Positions 1-12,488 of a DNA stretch of 64,000 nt are shown in pieces. The position numbers and the translations under genes are program-made. How positions within the stretch are numbered: the first letter of the stretch is position 1; each line of letters opens with the position of its first letter. The notes under the pieces are model-generated. The model saw only the letters and a list, made by a program, of their open reading frames with translations, had not been told where the DNA came from and searched no databases. The stretch comes from Perkinsela sp. CCAP 1560/9 (Eukaryota; Protista; Euglenozoa: Kinetoplastea), in contig CBFFSA010000009.1 in NCBI GenBank assembly GCA_965644495.1, forward strand, positions 124,001-188,000, written 5' to 3'.

Positions 1-287
1 TTGACCACGCGATTCACCTGCACAAAGAGGCGAAGATAAAGCGAATTGTTCTGGTTACGGACAACCAGGCGGCTCAGCACGCGATCAATGTGGGCTATTC
101 AACGTCGAGTGAGGCCCTAAAGGAAATAAGAATCATTTTCCGAGCCAAAACAGCACATGAAATAGATCTTGAACTGTTATGGATAGCAGGAGACCTGAAT
201 GCAGCCGATCCACCCTGGCGAGGAGTAGAGACTAATTATTTTCGAGATTCAGCCACCTGGAAAGTTCTAAAGTGTGCTGGCACTTAG
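1..287 (+). pseudogene. C-terminal RNase H fragment of a tyrosine-recombinase (DIRS/Ngaro/VIPER/TATE-like) retrotransposon pol, cut by the window edge
   Basis: Frame 3 reads ...IVLVTDNQAAQHAINVGYSTS...LELLWIAGDLNAADPPWRG, matching the DN..G.S...W(I/V)...N.AD..SR pattern of DIRS-type RNase H. Confidence 0.65.
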
Positions 288-586
288 CATGGGAGGGACA
301 AATACATGTATGCATGTATATGATATACATGATCTACATGTAATATCAGTCAAATCAATCCACGCACAATTCATAATACCATAGATCTTAATGCAGATGA
401 ATTCTTAAGTAGCAATCCTAGTATAACAAACGTTCGTACACCCAATCGGACTGGTATACATATCCGTTTACCTAGCCGTGCGTGGTGTATCGGACCGATA
501 CCCAATACACAAGCTGTAGCTCGGGCCAAAAAAAAACATGTTTTTACTCTACAACTTTCCTTTTCATATTTCATCTTTCATCTTTT

Positions 587-1292
587 TACTCTACAACTTC
601 CCTGCGCTCGATTCATCCACCTCTATACAGTCCGGGTCAAACATCTCGGTCCATGATTGGACTCTCGTTTCTGAATACAACTTCTTTATGCGCCTGTAGT
701 CTTCTTGTAGCTTCCGTTCTTCGCTGATGGCGTCTGCAATTTGGGACAAAGCTCCACGGCTATGTCGAGAGTCCCTCTTCTCATTCTTTTACCAAAGTTT
801 TTGCAACTCGATTTCAACACCACCGCGTAGACGTTCGAAGTCCCTTATCTGGGCATGTTTGTGTAGATTCACGTAATGCTCATCCCGAGCTACCTTATCT
901 GGGAGCTTTATATTCTATAAAGCTATATAAATGATATACAGGGGGACATTTGTCTGTGTAATACTAATCTGGAGAACATTAATCTGTATGATATTAATCT
1001 GTGTTAACTCGAAAATATTTGGCCCGACAGAAATCTGTGTTAAAAAAACAAGAATGCGCCGCAGGCGAAATTCTTCTTTTTCCATGCATTTTTACGTCTT
1101 TTTCTCGGAAATTTTCTTTTTTCTTGATTTGTATTTGTAATTATGATTGTCTCTATGCTCTCGGCCGATGTAACGGAACCGTTAAGAAAGAAAGCCAGGA
1201 GAGAAACGAACTCATCCGACACGACACTTTCAACGAGTAGTTCTAATGTGACTGGAACATCTCGTCCATCTAAAGTCAGTGCCGTGTCGTTA
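587..1292 (+). repeat. About 700-bp duplication, copy 1 (LRR gene upstream region plus first 50 codons)
   Basis: Near-identical to 8753-9429; copy 2 has a 29-bp deletion near 9220. Confidence 0.95.
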
Positions 1293-1880
1293 CCCGTGGA
1301 GTACGATTTGATGAGACTCGTAGAAAACCCTCCACCGTCATGGTCCACCGATACCCCGGGATGTAGCTGGGATGGGGTCACATGTAACGACAAGGGCGAC
1401 GTGATTTGGATAACCTGGGGTCACATGATGGGCTCTACTACTAGTTTCTCTAGCGAGAAACTACAAGGCCAGTTCAATGTAAAATATTTGCCGTACGAAT
1501 TGGAAATTTTACGGCTAACGTTCAATTCTCTATCGGGTGAGTTTCCCTTTGATCAGTTGCCTCCGAAATTGAAAGACATTAACATATCCTTCAATCAGTT
1601 CACGGGTACTCCAGATTTTCGTCACCTGCCACCCTTTCTAGTCTATCTTAATATGTGTGACAATAAATTTTCTGGTCATATTGAATTCGATTTCGTGCAC
1701 GAAAACTTGCGCGACATAATTTTAGCTTTTAATACAGAACTTGAAGGCTTCCTAAACATCAGAGACGAGTTAAAAAATCTGTATTATACTGTAGCGCGAA
1801 CAAAGATTACGGTAAGCAACGGTGAGATGACACGCGACAGACCGAGTCCGCGTGTTTATGGAATGTGTGGACTAAGGTAA
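1143..1880 (+). CDS. Leucine-rich repeat protein (245 aa), LRRNT-like cap plus about 4 plant-type 24-aa LRRs
   Basis: CSWDGVTC cap; repeats LPxxLxxLxLxxNxLxGxxxxxx (LPYELEILRLTFNSLSGEFPFDQ, LPPKLKDINISFNQFTGTPDFRH); pyrimidine tract upstream. Confidence 0.88.
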   Translation: MIVSMLSADVTEPLRKKARRETNSSDTTLSTSSSNVTGTSRPSKVSAVSLPVEYDLMRLVENPPPSWSTDTPGCSWDGVTCNDKGDVIWITWGHMMGSTTSFSSEKLQGQFNVKYLPYELEILRLTFNSLSGEFPFDQLPPKLKDINISFNQFTGTPDFRHLPPFLVYLNMCDNKFSGHIEFDFVHENLRDIILAFNTELEGFLNIRDELKNLYYTVARTKITVSNGEMTRDRPSPRVYGMCGLR

Positions 1881-2399
1881 AGTGATCTCTATAATGGGAA
1901 ATAGGCACGAAAAGCGTCAGCATACAAAAAATACTTGACAAAGAAATAGTTAATTTTGCGGTGGGATATTATTTTGATTGGAATTTGAATATTATAGTAT
2001 TAGACGGCCCGATTTTACATAAGTAACTTATGCAATACATTATTTGTTTTCTTTCGGGTAGGCATGAAAAGGTAGGACATCATGCGAAGCATGTCGACCA
2101 TAGTGTCTGCCATGTGATTAAGAAAATGGATATGCAGATAAATCCACGGTGAAGTACTTTTTAGCAATCTGATTAAGTGAGACATCGATTTAGTGAGACT
2201 CACTTAATTTTGAGTGATACTCGCTTACTGAGTACATGTAGTCGCGTGTGTACATGGATACACACCTAGACCTTGTAGGACCTGTAGACAGGTCCTTGAG
2301 ATCAGATAACGTTTAGTTCATTTCTATTATTGTTATTATTTGATGCCAGACTTTAATTACCATCTTTTTTGTTATCAAGGCCACCATCCACAAGAAATT

Positions 2400-2620
2400 C
2401 ATTGCGTGGTACGAACGTCACAGCCTTATCTATGTATTGAGCCAGCGACCATCGCAAGCAGATTACAGTGCTGGACAAACGAGTTTTAACATCTTCTTCC
2501 GGGTAATTCATAAGTGGTCGTGTTCCGAGTAGCCTTTTTCCATACACCGACCTACAACAGTATTGTCTGAAGCTAGGAGGATGAGCGCAGGATGCTGATA
2601 TTCAAAGGTATGGGGATCTA
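2400..2620 (-). pseudogene. Degenerate RNase H fragment of a DIRS/VIPER-like element
   Basis: Minus strand LILLASDNTVVGRCMEKGYS resembles the DN..(K)GYS motif seen at 1-287; stops follow. Confidence 0.4.
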
Positions 2621-2729
2621 GTGATGTTGTGATACGGATATTCAAAGGTATGGGGTCTGATAAAGCACCGACTCGTGGGTCAGGAGGGCATATTATAACC
2701 CAAGCATCAAGGCGACGTGGGCGAGACGA

Positions 2730-2890
2730 CCGGGATGGTGGTGGGGAATGACTGTTCGCAGTGAGGGAAGAGGGGGGTGGTGATGGTGGGGAACGGTTGT
2801 TCGCACGAAGGGGAGAAGAAGGGAGTGGTGATGAAGGACAACGACGTTTCGCAGGGAGGGGAGAAGGGAAGGGTGGTGGGGGTGAATAAC
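2730..2890. repeat. Degenerate purine-rich tandem repeat (about 45-bp units, 3-4 copies)
   Basis: Recurring TGGTG(A/G)TG...(G/T)TTCGCA...GGGAGAAG units; a separate 20-bp direct repeat GATATTCAAAGGTATGGGG lies at about 2598 and 2637. Confidence 0.6.
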
Positions 2891-3202
2891 TATTATCCAT
2901 ACAATGCAAGGAACCCGAAAAAAGTTAGAAATGTAGCTAGGTATAGCGTATTGTGATAAACTTGAAGTAAACAGTATGTAAATACAAACTGACGTCGGGT
3001 CCTGATATACTGTATACCCCCGTTCAGAAAAAATGTTACAAAAGTTTTGAGAGCATGGAAGGAGCTTTTTAGCTAGTTTTTTTTCGTAGTTACTCGGATA
3101 CGTTAGGATAACAACGGAAAAATAGTCAGAATTCATCATTTTGCAGTACTTGACCAGAGAAATTTTTATGTCAAAATTTTATCTGAAAATTATCTACTTT
3201 CA

Positions 3203-4506
3203 GTGATTTGTTCTTATTTTTCAATGTCACAAACGGACTCAAGTCTCTCTGCAGAGAGTCTTTTCGCGTCTTCCGCAACGGATACCGACTGGGAACCTTC
3301 GGAAGCTTCTGAAACGGAGTATGATTCCTCTTGCTCGACTTCGGGGGATTCTGAAGAATGCGAATCTGTCTACCACGAAAGTGGTTCAGATATCGCTTTC
3401 GTTGTAGGTGAAGGTATCGGTTCGGAAAGTTGCGATTCCGAAGATATGACTTTCCCCTTTCTTTTTCAAAAATCGCAACAGACGCACCATTCAACGAAGT
3501 GCATAGCGGACCATACTTTTCAAGCAGATCTATTGGAAATCACTCAGAGTATATCACATCACTTAGCATCCACTTTAGCATCCCCCGCCTTAGAACCCCG
3601 GACGTACATGTGATGGAGCCATTTGAGATTACCGGTGATTCGTTGGAACCCCCTTCCGAAAATGAGGCTTCTAACTCAACCACACCTTTAGCCACTCTTA
3701 AAAAAACAATTAGTTCGCTAAATCGAACTGTGCAGGCACAGAGAAATGCGATAAAACGTTTAAAGAAGAGCCTGCTGATTCACAGGAGGGTAATAAATGC
3801 ATCTGAGGAACGAGAAGCTCGTTCAAAAGAGTACGTCCGCGTTTCTGTACTCAAATCTGACGAATGTAAAATAAGGTGCCAGACGCATAGGCACGAAGTA
3901 AGTTAAGCACACTTTGTGTGCTCAAGCAAGTGATACCACAGGAAGTTAGTGGAGTGAAGGAGAAACTTTTGAACCTTGGGGAAAACGATTTCCAGGAAAA
4001 ACATCGAATATTTTCAGAGTGTGGTCCAAAATTTTTGAACGCCATGACCAGTGCTCGCATGAAGCGTGGCGTCGTTACTCCGAAACTTGGAGGGGTTACT
4101 CGCTGGTGCTCCGACAAGTTCACGTCCATGGAATTTCTGGCAAACCTTTTTGCAAACTATTCAGTTATTCATCGAAGAAGCAAAAAAAGGGCGACGAGAT
4201 TCTAATTCCATTAAGCGGTGTCAGAAAATCTTGACTAAATACGGCTCACAATGCATTCAGAAGCAGTGAAATTTTTTTTTGAGCGAATGTAGTGAACATG
4301 CGGCACTCAAGGAATTTAGTGAAAGCAAGGATACTCCTATGGCCACACACGTTTGCCAAATGTTGGAGCATCTATACGAAATTTCCGAAGGTACAGGAGC
4401 ACCACAAGGATTACGATCATCCCTTTTGCACCACAAAATAAGACTAGATAAGTTATATTACAGTTGTTTTTTAAGAATCAGAAAATGCGTCTCTGGAAAC
4501 AGGTAA
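3203..4506 (+). pseudogene. Internally deleted hAT-like transposase relic (related to 24480-26709)
   Basis: PKLGGVTRWCSDKFTSMEFLA nearly matches PKLGGVTRWLADKFESMRFLA of the minus-strand copy; acidic and coiled-coil N-terminus; broken frames. Confidence 0.65.
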
Positions 4507-5059
4507 TGTGGTTTCGACCAAGTTGGGTTGTCCTGTTTGGTCGGCCAATACGTCATCATGCTTTGTGATATTGGCGAACTGAAATTTTGTCTGCGCAACC
4601 ACCGTGGAAAAAATTCATTTTTTTAGGAGGAAAAGAAGTCCCCTTTCATCAAAATTTAAGGGATATGTCATTAACTTTAGCGGTGTCTGTAGTGTCTCTC
4701 ATATTAATAAAATTATTAGCTATTGACTTCTTATTATCTGTCTGGAAGTTGAACCAATAGTTGAAAGGGATCCCGAAAATGAAGTTTATTCACCTGTGCC
4801 AAGCAACACTCGTCGACCACAAAAGCCTTCTGCAGAAGAGCATCGCGAGCGTGCTGTTGCCATTTCTAATCGCCTTGAAGAAAGTCCCACTCAAGTTGCC
4901 CTTAGTAATGAAGCCCACGGCGCTCTCCCACCGTGCTCCCCGCCACGCTCCTGCAGTGCCACCCGCCACGCTCCCGCCGCGCCACCCGCCACGCTCCCGC
5001 CCCGCCTCCCCTTCCGCCGCCCCCCTAATGCCCGGCAAAAGATCCTGGTGCCACCCAGC

Positions 5060-5830
5060 TAGCAGTACGGACTGAGTCCAAATACGTCTTTTGCTGTGCA
5101 AGTGTGACCGCAAAATCTATACCATGCCTTTCGCCAGATCCCGTTTCACAAGAGAGCCAGTGGGCAGAAAAACGTCCGCGGGTCTAGTGAGAGCGCCTCC
5201 TGGGCCACGGTTTCCCTCTCTGTGGTTTCTCTCTGTGGTTGAAGAAAGGCCTTACTGCAGAAAGATGTGAATTGGTGTGCCAGGGCGTTGTGTCGAGCTA
5301 TCAAACCGTGTCCTTTTTTACATAATAATGCGTGCTCTCCGTTCTTTAGCAAGGGAAGAGTGCAACCTTCTGCTGGACAGGTACAGCAGGTCGTAAGGAG
5401 TCCTAGGGAGCATGTCTCGATGGCTATGTAACCCAGGCTACAGTGGACGAGGGAGGTACTAAAGGACACACCCTTGGGTGTATTATAAGATACACACCCT
5501 TGGGTGTATCGCGCTCCGAACTGAAGTCCTTGGAAGAAGGTGGGGAGATGCTCTCTTACTTTCTCCAGGGCCAGAAGTCCGGCCACCTTCAGAAAGCATT
5601 CCCCCATGGCTATGGGGCGGTAAGAGGAGTGATGTCCTGCTGGGGCACCCGGCTTTGTGAAGAGTTTCAGAGATTCCCCCGTAAGTGACTCGCGCATTGA
5701 GGGAGGGAGAGAGTTGATAAGTATCCCATGAATAATCCACGTGACTGTGTCACGTGGGCCGTCGTCCATTAACACTGGGGTCAAAAGTTCTTTGGTCTAC
5801 CCCATGGGGCCTGGGGCGCGTAGCGGTGCC
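5060..5830 (-). pseudogene. Fused fragments of CRE-clade non-LTR retrotransposons (RT N-terminal part plus CCHC/RLE part)
   Basis: YRPIAMGECFLKVA...GLQFG (RT) and CPAEGCTLPLLKNGEHALLCKKGHGLIARHNALA (knuckle plus RHN), the latter homologous to 61658-62299. Confidence 0.85.
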
Positions 5831-6160
5831 AGGCTTTGAGCCTTTCTGGCTAGTAAATCATCCATAGGAATTGAGGACACGCCCGTAATTTCTCTAGTGC
5901 AGTGATTTCTCTCCCATTTTTATGCTTCACTATACGTTTACACAGATCCGATATGATAATGTGCAACTTTTTGGAGGTGAGTGGCAACTCGTGGAAATCG
6001 ACAAAAAGCATTGCATTTATTAGTATCGACCAAAAATTCGTGGTCGATACTAGTAAATTACAATACTTTTTGGCGGGGGTGTAACTTCTCATTGCCCTCG
6101 TGATTGTAACCATTTTATATAAACGAGGGCACGGTTTAACATGCCTATATCACGCCTATA

Positions 6161-7720
6161 CAGGGGGGATCACGAAAAAGGTGGGGGGTCTAAAATTTGT
6201 ACCGTGCGAGCTTTTGACCTAATTCCTTCGGCATTCAACAGATCTCGAAATTTTAAGACTACTGGCACCATTGTTGCCGCCCCCAAAGCTGATAAGACGT
6301 CACGATAAAATTTTACTGAATTTTTTACCTGAAAATTCTGCAAAAAATCGGATTTTTATCATTTTTTATCATTTTAGCCCATTAATCTATGAATAAAATA
6401 CCACTTAACTCTTTCTAACACATCTTTTATGCCGAAAACACTTCGCCGCCAGAGGCGCACCCTCTCGACGCAACAAATCACTTATGAAACACGTGTAATT
6501 TGCGTCCATGAGGTACAAAACCAGGGACGTTCGATTACAGACACTGCTGCTCTTATGAAATGCAGTGAAGCAACTGTCTCTCGATGGGTTAAACGCCACC
6601 GGGAGACAGGAGGGTTAGAACGTATAAAATACATACGTAAGAATGCGATTGATAATGAAGAGTTTCGAATAATGTTAGAATCTATTGTAGATGAAGAAAA
6701 TCAACGTAGTCCCATTGGCTGTCCATCTTGGAGGTGGGTTCACCGCCAGATCGATCAAACCAAGTACCCATGCTCTCTTTCGTCTGTGAAAAGATCACTG
6801 AAAAGGAGCGGGTACATAAGCAGAAAAATGAGGAAAGTTCCTCATCTCACGCCTCAGCACAAATTCGACCGCCTGGAGTTGGCAAATCGTTTGGAGAGGT
6901 TCACCCCTTTTCAATACGCCCGTATTCTGTGGACGAATGAAAAGATTTTTAAATGCGGGTACCACTCACGCAATATTTGGTACATTTGCAAAAGGTCAGA
7001 TGAACCCCTTGAGGTACCAAAAGATGTTGAGAAATATTTCGGAGGAAAGGGGGTTCATATTTGGATGGCGGTGAGCCTTGAATGGGGGGTTCCCAAGGTT
7101 CACTGTTTTCATGAGTTTGCGGAGAATGAGACGGTCACTAATGAAACGTTTCTCTCTGCCATGACAAAACGAAATGGTTTCTACAACTGGTTAAAGCGTA
7201 AACCAGCGGCAACAGTGATCATGGATAACGCTCCGGGCCATAATCACGCTCGCCGCGTCGGCAGAGACATGGGTATCAGCATTCCTGATTGGCCTGCCAA
7301 GTCGCCGGATTTAAATTTAATTGAAAATTTGTGGAGCATGATGGATCACCACATAAAATTTACTCTCCGCCCCACAAACCGTAAGGAACTACAAGCTGCA
7401 ATTCCAAAAGCGCTTAATTATCTATTATCTGATATGAAAGCATCGTATAATAATACTTTGACGAGCTTCCCGTCCCGAATCAGACTTCTTCGAGAAAAAA
7501 ACGGGGGATCAATAATGAAATAATGAGAAAATCCAAATATGCAAAAAACAAAAAAACCTATTTTTTGCCGACTCACCATTATCACTCAACCTTATATGCC
7601 TAAGTAGTTATAACTCACGTAGTCTTAAAATTTCAAGATCTGTTGAATGCCGAAGGAATTAGGTCAAAAGCTCGCACGGTACAAATTTTAGACCCCCCAC
7701 TCTTTTCGTGACCACCCCTG
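6161..7720 (+). mobile_element. Full-length Tc1-like DNA transposon, about 100-bp TIRs, TA target duplication
   Basis: TA|CAGGGGGGATCACGAAAA...TTTTCGTGACCACCCCTG|TA; about 100 bp of near-perfect inverted repeat; single transposase ORF. Confidence 0.95.
6429..7523 (+). CDS. Tc1/IS630-superfamily transposase (364 aa), DD32E spacing, first catalytic Asp replaced by Asn (probably inactive)
   Basis: N-terminal HTH; WTNEK (normally WTDE), MDNAPGH, WPAKSPDLNLIENLW. Confidence 0.9.
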   Translation: MPKTLRRQRRTLSTQQITYETRVICVHEVQNQGRSITDTAALMKCSEATVSRWVKRHRETGGLERIKYIRKNAIDNEEFRIMLESIVDEENQRSPIGCPSWRWVHRQIDQTKYPCSLSSVKRSLKRSGYISRKMRKVPHLTPQHKFDRLELANRLERFTPFQYARILWTNEKIFKCGYHSRNIWYICKRSDEPLEVPKDVEKYFGGKGVHIWMAVSLEWGVPKVHCFHEFAENETVTNETFLSAMTKRNGFYNWLKRKPAATVIMDNAPGHNHARRVGRDMGISIPDWPAKSPDLNLIENLWSMMDHHIKFTLRPTNRKELQAAIPKALNYLLSDMKASYNNTLTSFPSRIRLLREKNGGSIMK

Positions 7721-7726
7721 TATATA

Positions 7727-8437
7727 CAGGGAGGTAAATCAGATGCTGCGGGGGGCCTAAAAATTGCAAAACCTTTCCAATTTTGGAAAATGATAGCGCA
7801 TTCGAGAGCTCTCGTTCTATCTTTTAGAAAAGGCAGTTTCCCGGGGTATAGGGGGGTGTTCAACTGACCAGAAGCCCAAAAACGTCAAAATGCAAAAATT
7901 GTGAGAAAGGTTTTAGACGACTAATAATTACAACTTTCTCCTTTCTTTTCTACTACTATGTCGAAACGCAGCGGCATGCTGTTTAAAGTGTTAATGAGCG
8001 TGTCATGACCATCTGGTTTAATGTAATCAACCGCTCTTTCAATAGAAAACAAGAGTTCAGTCCTATTTTCTGGATTTGTACCATTTTTAATAAAGGCATT
8101 CATAATTTCCCAAATGTTTTCAATGGGGTTAAGATCTGGGGATTTTGGGGGAAAGTCCAAAACAACGACTTCGTTTTTTTTAAGGTTCTAAAACTGCCAT
8201 TGTGGCAAGGAGCATTATCCGAAAACGAAAAAATGAGCAAATTTGGGAAAAACTACAAATTATAGAGGGGCAAAAAAACTTTAAAAAAAATACAATAAAC
8301 AAAATTGCCTTCTTTTGGGGTGAAAATAGCGCAAAAACATAGAACTCTGCGAGAGCTCTCGAATGCGCTATCACCTTCCAAAATTGGAAGGGTTTTGCAA
8401 TTTTTAGACCCCCCGCAGCATCTGATTTACCCCCCTG
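7727..8437 (-). mobile_element. Internally deleted Tc1-like element abutting the previous one
   Basis: TIRs CAGGG(A/G)GGTAAATCAGATGCTGCGGGGG at both ends, TA flanks; C-terminal transposase piece DNAPCH...FPPKSPDLNPIENIW (7921-8230). Confidence 0.92.
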
Positions 8438-8752
8438 TATATAGAATATACTACATGTATGGGAAGAGACAAAACTCTTCAACATAGGCTTTGATATGGG
8501 CGAAGATAGGGCACTTCATTTCTGGAGGTGTACACTATCGAAAATCAATCTTGAGTCTTTAAGACGTCGTCGTAGAATCGTTTCTTGTTTATTAACACTT
8601 TCTTGTTTATTAGTATGACACAAGCTTCGTGAAAAAAATTCTACTTTTTTTGGTCAATAATATTTTTTTTGCGTCATCCCAAAAATTTCGAACTTGTCGG
8701 GCCAGGGGGGGTCACACCCAGGTGTGGAGGATGGAAAATCATCCCCGCGGCA

Positions 8753-9429
8753 TACTCTACAACTTCCCTGCGCTCGATTCATCCACCTCTATACAGTCCG
8801 GGTCAAACATCTCAGTCCATGATTGGACTCTCGTTTCTGAATACAACTTCTTTGTGCGCCTGTAGTCTTCTTGTAGCTTCCGTTCTTCGCTGATGGCGTC
8901 TGCAATTTGGGACAAAGCTCCGCGGCTATGTCGAGAGTCCCCTCTTCTCATTCTTTTACCAAAGTTTTTGCAACTCAATTTCAACACCACCGCGTTGACG
9001 TTCGAAGTCCCTTATCTGGGCATGTTCGTGTAGATTAACGTAATGCTCATCCCGCGCTACCTTATCTGGGAGCTTTATGTTCTATAATGCTATATAAATG
9101 GTATACAGGGGGGACATTTGTCTGTGTAATACTAATCTGGAGAACATTAATCTGTATGATATTAATCTGTGTTAACTCGAAAATATTTGGCCCGACAGAA
9201 ATCTGTGTTAAAAAAACAAAATGCATTTTTACGTCTTTTTCTCTGAAATTTTCTTTTTTCTTGATTTATATTCATAATTATGATTGTCTCTATGCTCTCG
9301 GCCGATGTAACGGAACCGTTAAGAAAGAAAGCCAGGAGAGAAACGAACTCATCCGACACGACACTTTCAACGAGTAGTTCTAATGTGACTGGAATATCTC
9401 GTCCATCCAAAGTCAGTGCCGTGTCGTTA
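8753..9429 (+). pseudogene. Duplication copy 2: 5' fragment of the LRR gene, truncated at a MITE
   Basis: MIVSMLSAD...SKVSAVSL matches the 1143 ORF apart from one residue, then ends at the TA preceding the 96-bp MITE. Confidence 0.92.
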
Positions 9430-9525
9430 GGTTCCTCGTTAAACGTGGTTATAATTTTTAACGCGAAGCGCGCAGCATGAGTGACTTCTAAGTTGACAAA
9501 CAACCACCGCGTTTAACGAAGAGCC
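9430..9525. mobile_element. 96-bp MITE (family also at 30896-30990)
   Basis: TA|GG(T/C)TC(C/T)TCGTTAAACG...CGTTTAACGAAGAGCC|TA; second copy in unrelated flanks. Confidence 0.9.
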
Positions 9526-10349
9526 TAAAAAAGAATTAATTTGAAGGGCTGCAGGTGGCAAGGCTAAAAAGGTGTTCCATGATGCTTTACTCACGAAACC
9601 CGTGCGCGCGACGCTGAGGCATGAAAAAAAGGAAATAACACAATTTACTGATTAAGCAATATCCTTGACTTGCGCAATGTTCCTTGACTTTCCCCTAATT
9701 GTGCATTGCGTACCCCCCCCCCTACTTACCTAATTACCTAATGTTTTTTAGACAAGTCGGCCCTTTGAGCTGATTTTTCGATCCATGTACGGTAATTATC
9801 CAGAAAACCCAGACTTTGGGCTAAAGAGGACAAGTAACTAGAAAGAGGACGGTAATTGTCACCGCTTTTCGGGGAAAAGAACAATTCCGTAGGGAGGTAC
9901 CAAATTTTCAAGAAAATGGGGGGGGTCCTTGTATAGGCATACCTCTAACGGAGGTACTAGCACGCAAACTGTAGGCCTGTAATTACAGAAACAGTATCGA
10001 TACCGTTTGTAGGGAATTGTTTTCTCCCGTTTCGACTGACCCATACATGTATGATGTACTGTAGTTTTAACACCTATGTGTGTATTTAAACTGCAAACTA
10101 GTTTTATAATGTCGTTAATGTGCTATTCTGGAGGAGCAATAGGTGTCTAAGCCTCACAATGATCTCCATGCGTTAACACATCTCTGCACTACGCCTTGAA
10201 CACCGCACGATACATATTATTTACTACATGTAGGGCACAAGTGTTTTATCCTGCTTTCTATCAGGGGTCTGAAAATCTACAAAATCTATAATTATAGTAC
10301 TATATACAGTGTAGTATATACAGTGTAGTATTATAAATTTTCAATACTA

Positions 10350-11468
10350 CTATCCCCCCCTACTTATGCGCAACCGTTTGACCCGGCCACTTAAGCGCAA
10401 TTTTGACGCATCGTTAAGAAGAACAGCGCCGCAAAGCGGCGCGATATTGTTTTTGTGGTACGAATTTTTGTACCAATTTTCGCCGCTGTTGAAATGGAGA
10501 GTCTGCAGGTAGTCCCTTTGGGCGTTCAAAAATGATCTTCATCGATCTCCAGCGATCTCTTCTGATCCACACTGACCTCCACCGATCTGTACGGCTAGTC
10601 TTTGCATACTATACTGTACTGTACATCAGAGGAACTCTCCTGCCACGTACTGTACGCTTTTGAAATGATCAGCGCACCAGCGTGCGGCACCGTCTAGATG
10701 TGGGGCGGGTAAAGACAACGTGGGTAACTGCACTACAAGTGCATCAAAAACTAAACTTTAATTTATATTTCGGACCCATGCTCTTAAAAGTCCGTTCTTT
10801 TCCTACAATTGATCGGGTTCTCGAAAAAAAGCCACTCACCCCGTGATGTGGTCATTCGCGGGCATACGTAACCATACAAGTGAAGTACTGTACCTCCTCC
10901 CTAAATATCTCTCACACGTCACCCCCCTAGTTATCTGCCACTTTTCGGTCCTTCAATTTTTTTTCGTCAATTACTCCCCCTAGTTATCTGTCACTTTCAT
11001 AGCTATTGTTTTACAAAAAAATCTTTAAACCTTTCCACGAAAAGTTGTGACAGATAACTAAGGGGGTACAGTACTATCCCCCCTATCCTATCGTTGCCTC
11101 GGTAGCCCCCCTCATTAGCGTTGCTTTCTAGACTTTCTCTTGTTGCGAAGCTATGGTAAAAATGTACCCTAAACAGCGATTTTTTTGAAAATCTTCCTCA
11201 GTAATCCCACAACATCTTCGGCTTAGCAATTCTTCGGCCCCAGTTTTTGCCCCCCTCCTAGCGTTGCACTTCATCCCAGCAAGGGCACGCTAGGATAGGG
11301 GGGATAGTATATAAAAAACAGCCCCCAAGGGCACCCCGCGTATATAACTCATGATTGAAGCACGGGCCGCGAAGCAGCGCGAAATTTTTTTTTCACCCCT
11401 TTTTTTGACCCGGCTACTTATGCGCAATTTTAGGCCAAAACCTGGTTGCGCTTCTGTGGGGGGGACAG
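10350..11468. mobile_element. TA-flanked non-autonomous TIR element containing two nested MITEs (10888-11071 and 11074-11307)
   Basis: Outer ends CTATCCCCCCC...GCGCAACC and GGTTGCGC...GGGGGGGACAG; inner ends CTGTACC...GGTACAG and CTATCCCCCCTATCCTA...TAGGATAGGGGGGATAG share the TA at 11072-11073. Confidence 0.75.
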
Positions 11469-11666
11469 TATATATAAAAATCTATAATTTTTTGAGGGAT
11501 TTTTGGCGGGTTTGGATGATTTTTCTCCTCAAAAGAGAGGCCTTGTAGCTTCTTTTTTTCCTTTGGCGGAAAAAGCACAAGAAGAAAAAGCACAAGAGCA
11601 TTAAAACGTTTTTGAACATTTTTCCTGTTATAGATTTTTATAGATTTATAATACTATATAGTACTA

Positions 11667-12429
11667 CATGGGGTGGCACGAAAATATGGGGGGGGTCAAA
11701 AATCGTATAAATTATCCAATTTTGGAAAGTAGCACCCCATTCAAGAGCTCTCGCAGAGATACGTGTCACCTACTATTGCGTTTCCCGTGTTTTTAAAATT
11801 TATTATTTTGGACAAAAAAATACATTTTTGGAACTTGTTTTTTTCATCAATTTCATCGATTTTTTTCAAAATTTTAGGTATTTTCCTTCTATTTTTTGAC
11901 CTTTCCGCTGCGTTACGCCACAGGAACGGACTTATTCCAATAACAGGGGTGTACAGCACCGTGATCGGCATTGCTACAGTCTTCGTGGACAGCTTAAAGT
12001 CACCTACTGCATACTTTTAGTAAATAACTATGAAGAAACTGGATCAAAAATAATTGATGCCCACAAAAGCTCATTATGCCCCACAAATTGGTCAGAATTG
12101 CGATCGGCGATCGCATCTGGTGTTGAATTGTTGAAAGGAGAACAGAACAAAACATTTTTAGACACTTTGAAGACTGTTCGAACTCGTATTAAGATTACGT
12201 TACCAAAAATGAAGGTCATTGTGGATATTAAATGACATATTTTTCAAAATTTCAAACTTGCAATTGCTGTATTCAACCCCTTTGGCATAGGGACCTAGCC
12301 CCCTGGATACGGGAAACGCAATATCAGGTGACGCGTATCTCCGCCAGAGCTCTCGAATGCGGTGCTACTTTCCAAAATTGGACAAGTTATAAAAACTTTG
12401 ACCCCCCCATATTTTCGTGCCACCCCCTG
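11667..12429 (+). mobile_element. Non-autonomous Tc1-like element
   Basis: About 100-bp TIRs CA(T/G)GGGGTGGCACGAAAATATGGGGGGGTCAAA; decayed transposase C-terminus at about 12040-12230. Confidence 0.88.
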
Positions 12430-12488
12430 TATAAGACGCTGAACACCACTGTAGTACTATATTTTTTTTTTCAAATACTATAAATATG

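Noticed and set aside
945-1010. Pentapeptide-repeat protein (NTNLENINLYDINLC)
   Set aside because: A short 15-bp-period AATCTG repeat next to a TA|CAGGGGG end with an immediate stop; more likely a TE subterminal repeat.
3841-3851. SL core match GTTTCTGTACT
   Set aside because: Only 11 nt with non-matching flanks; compatible with chance.
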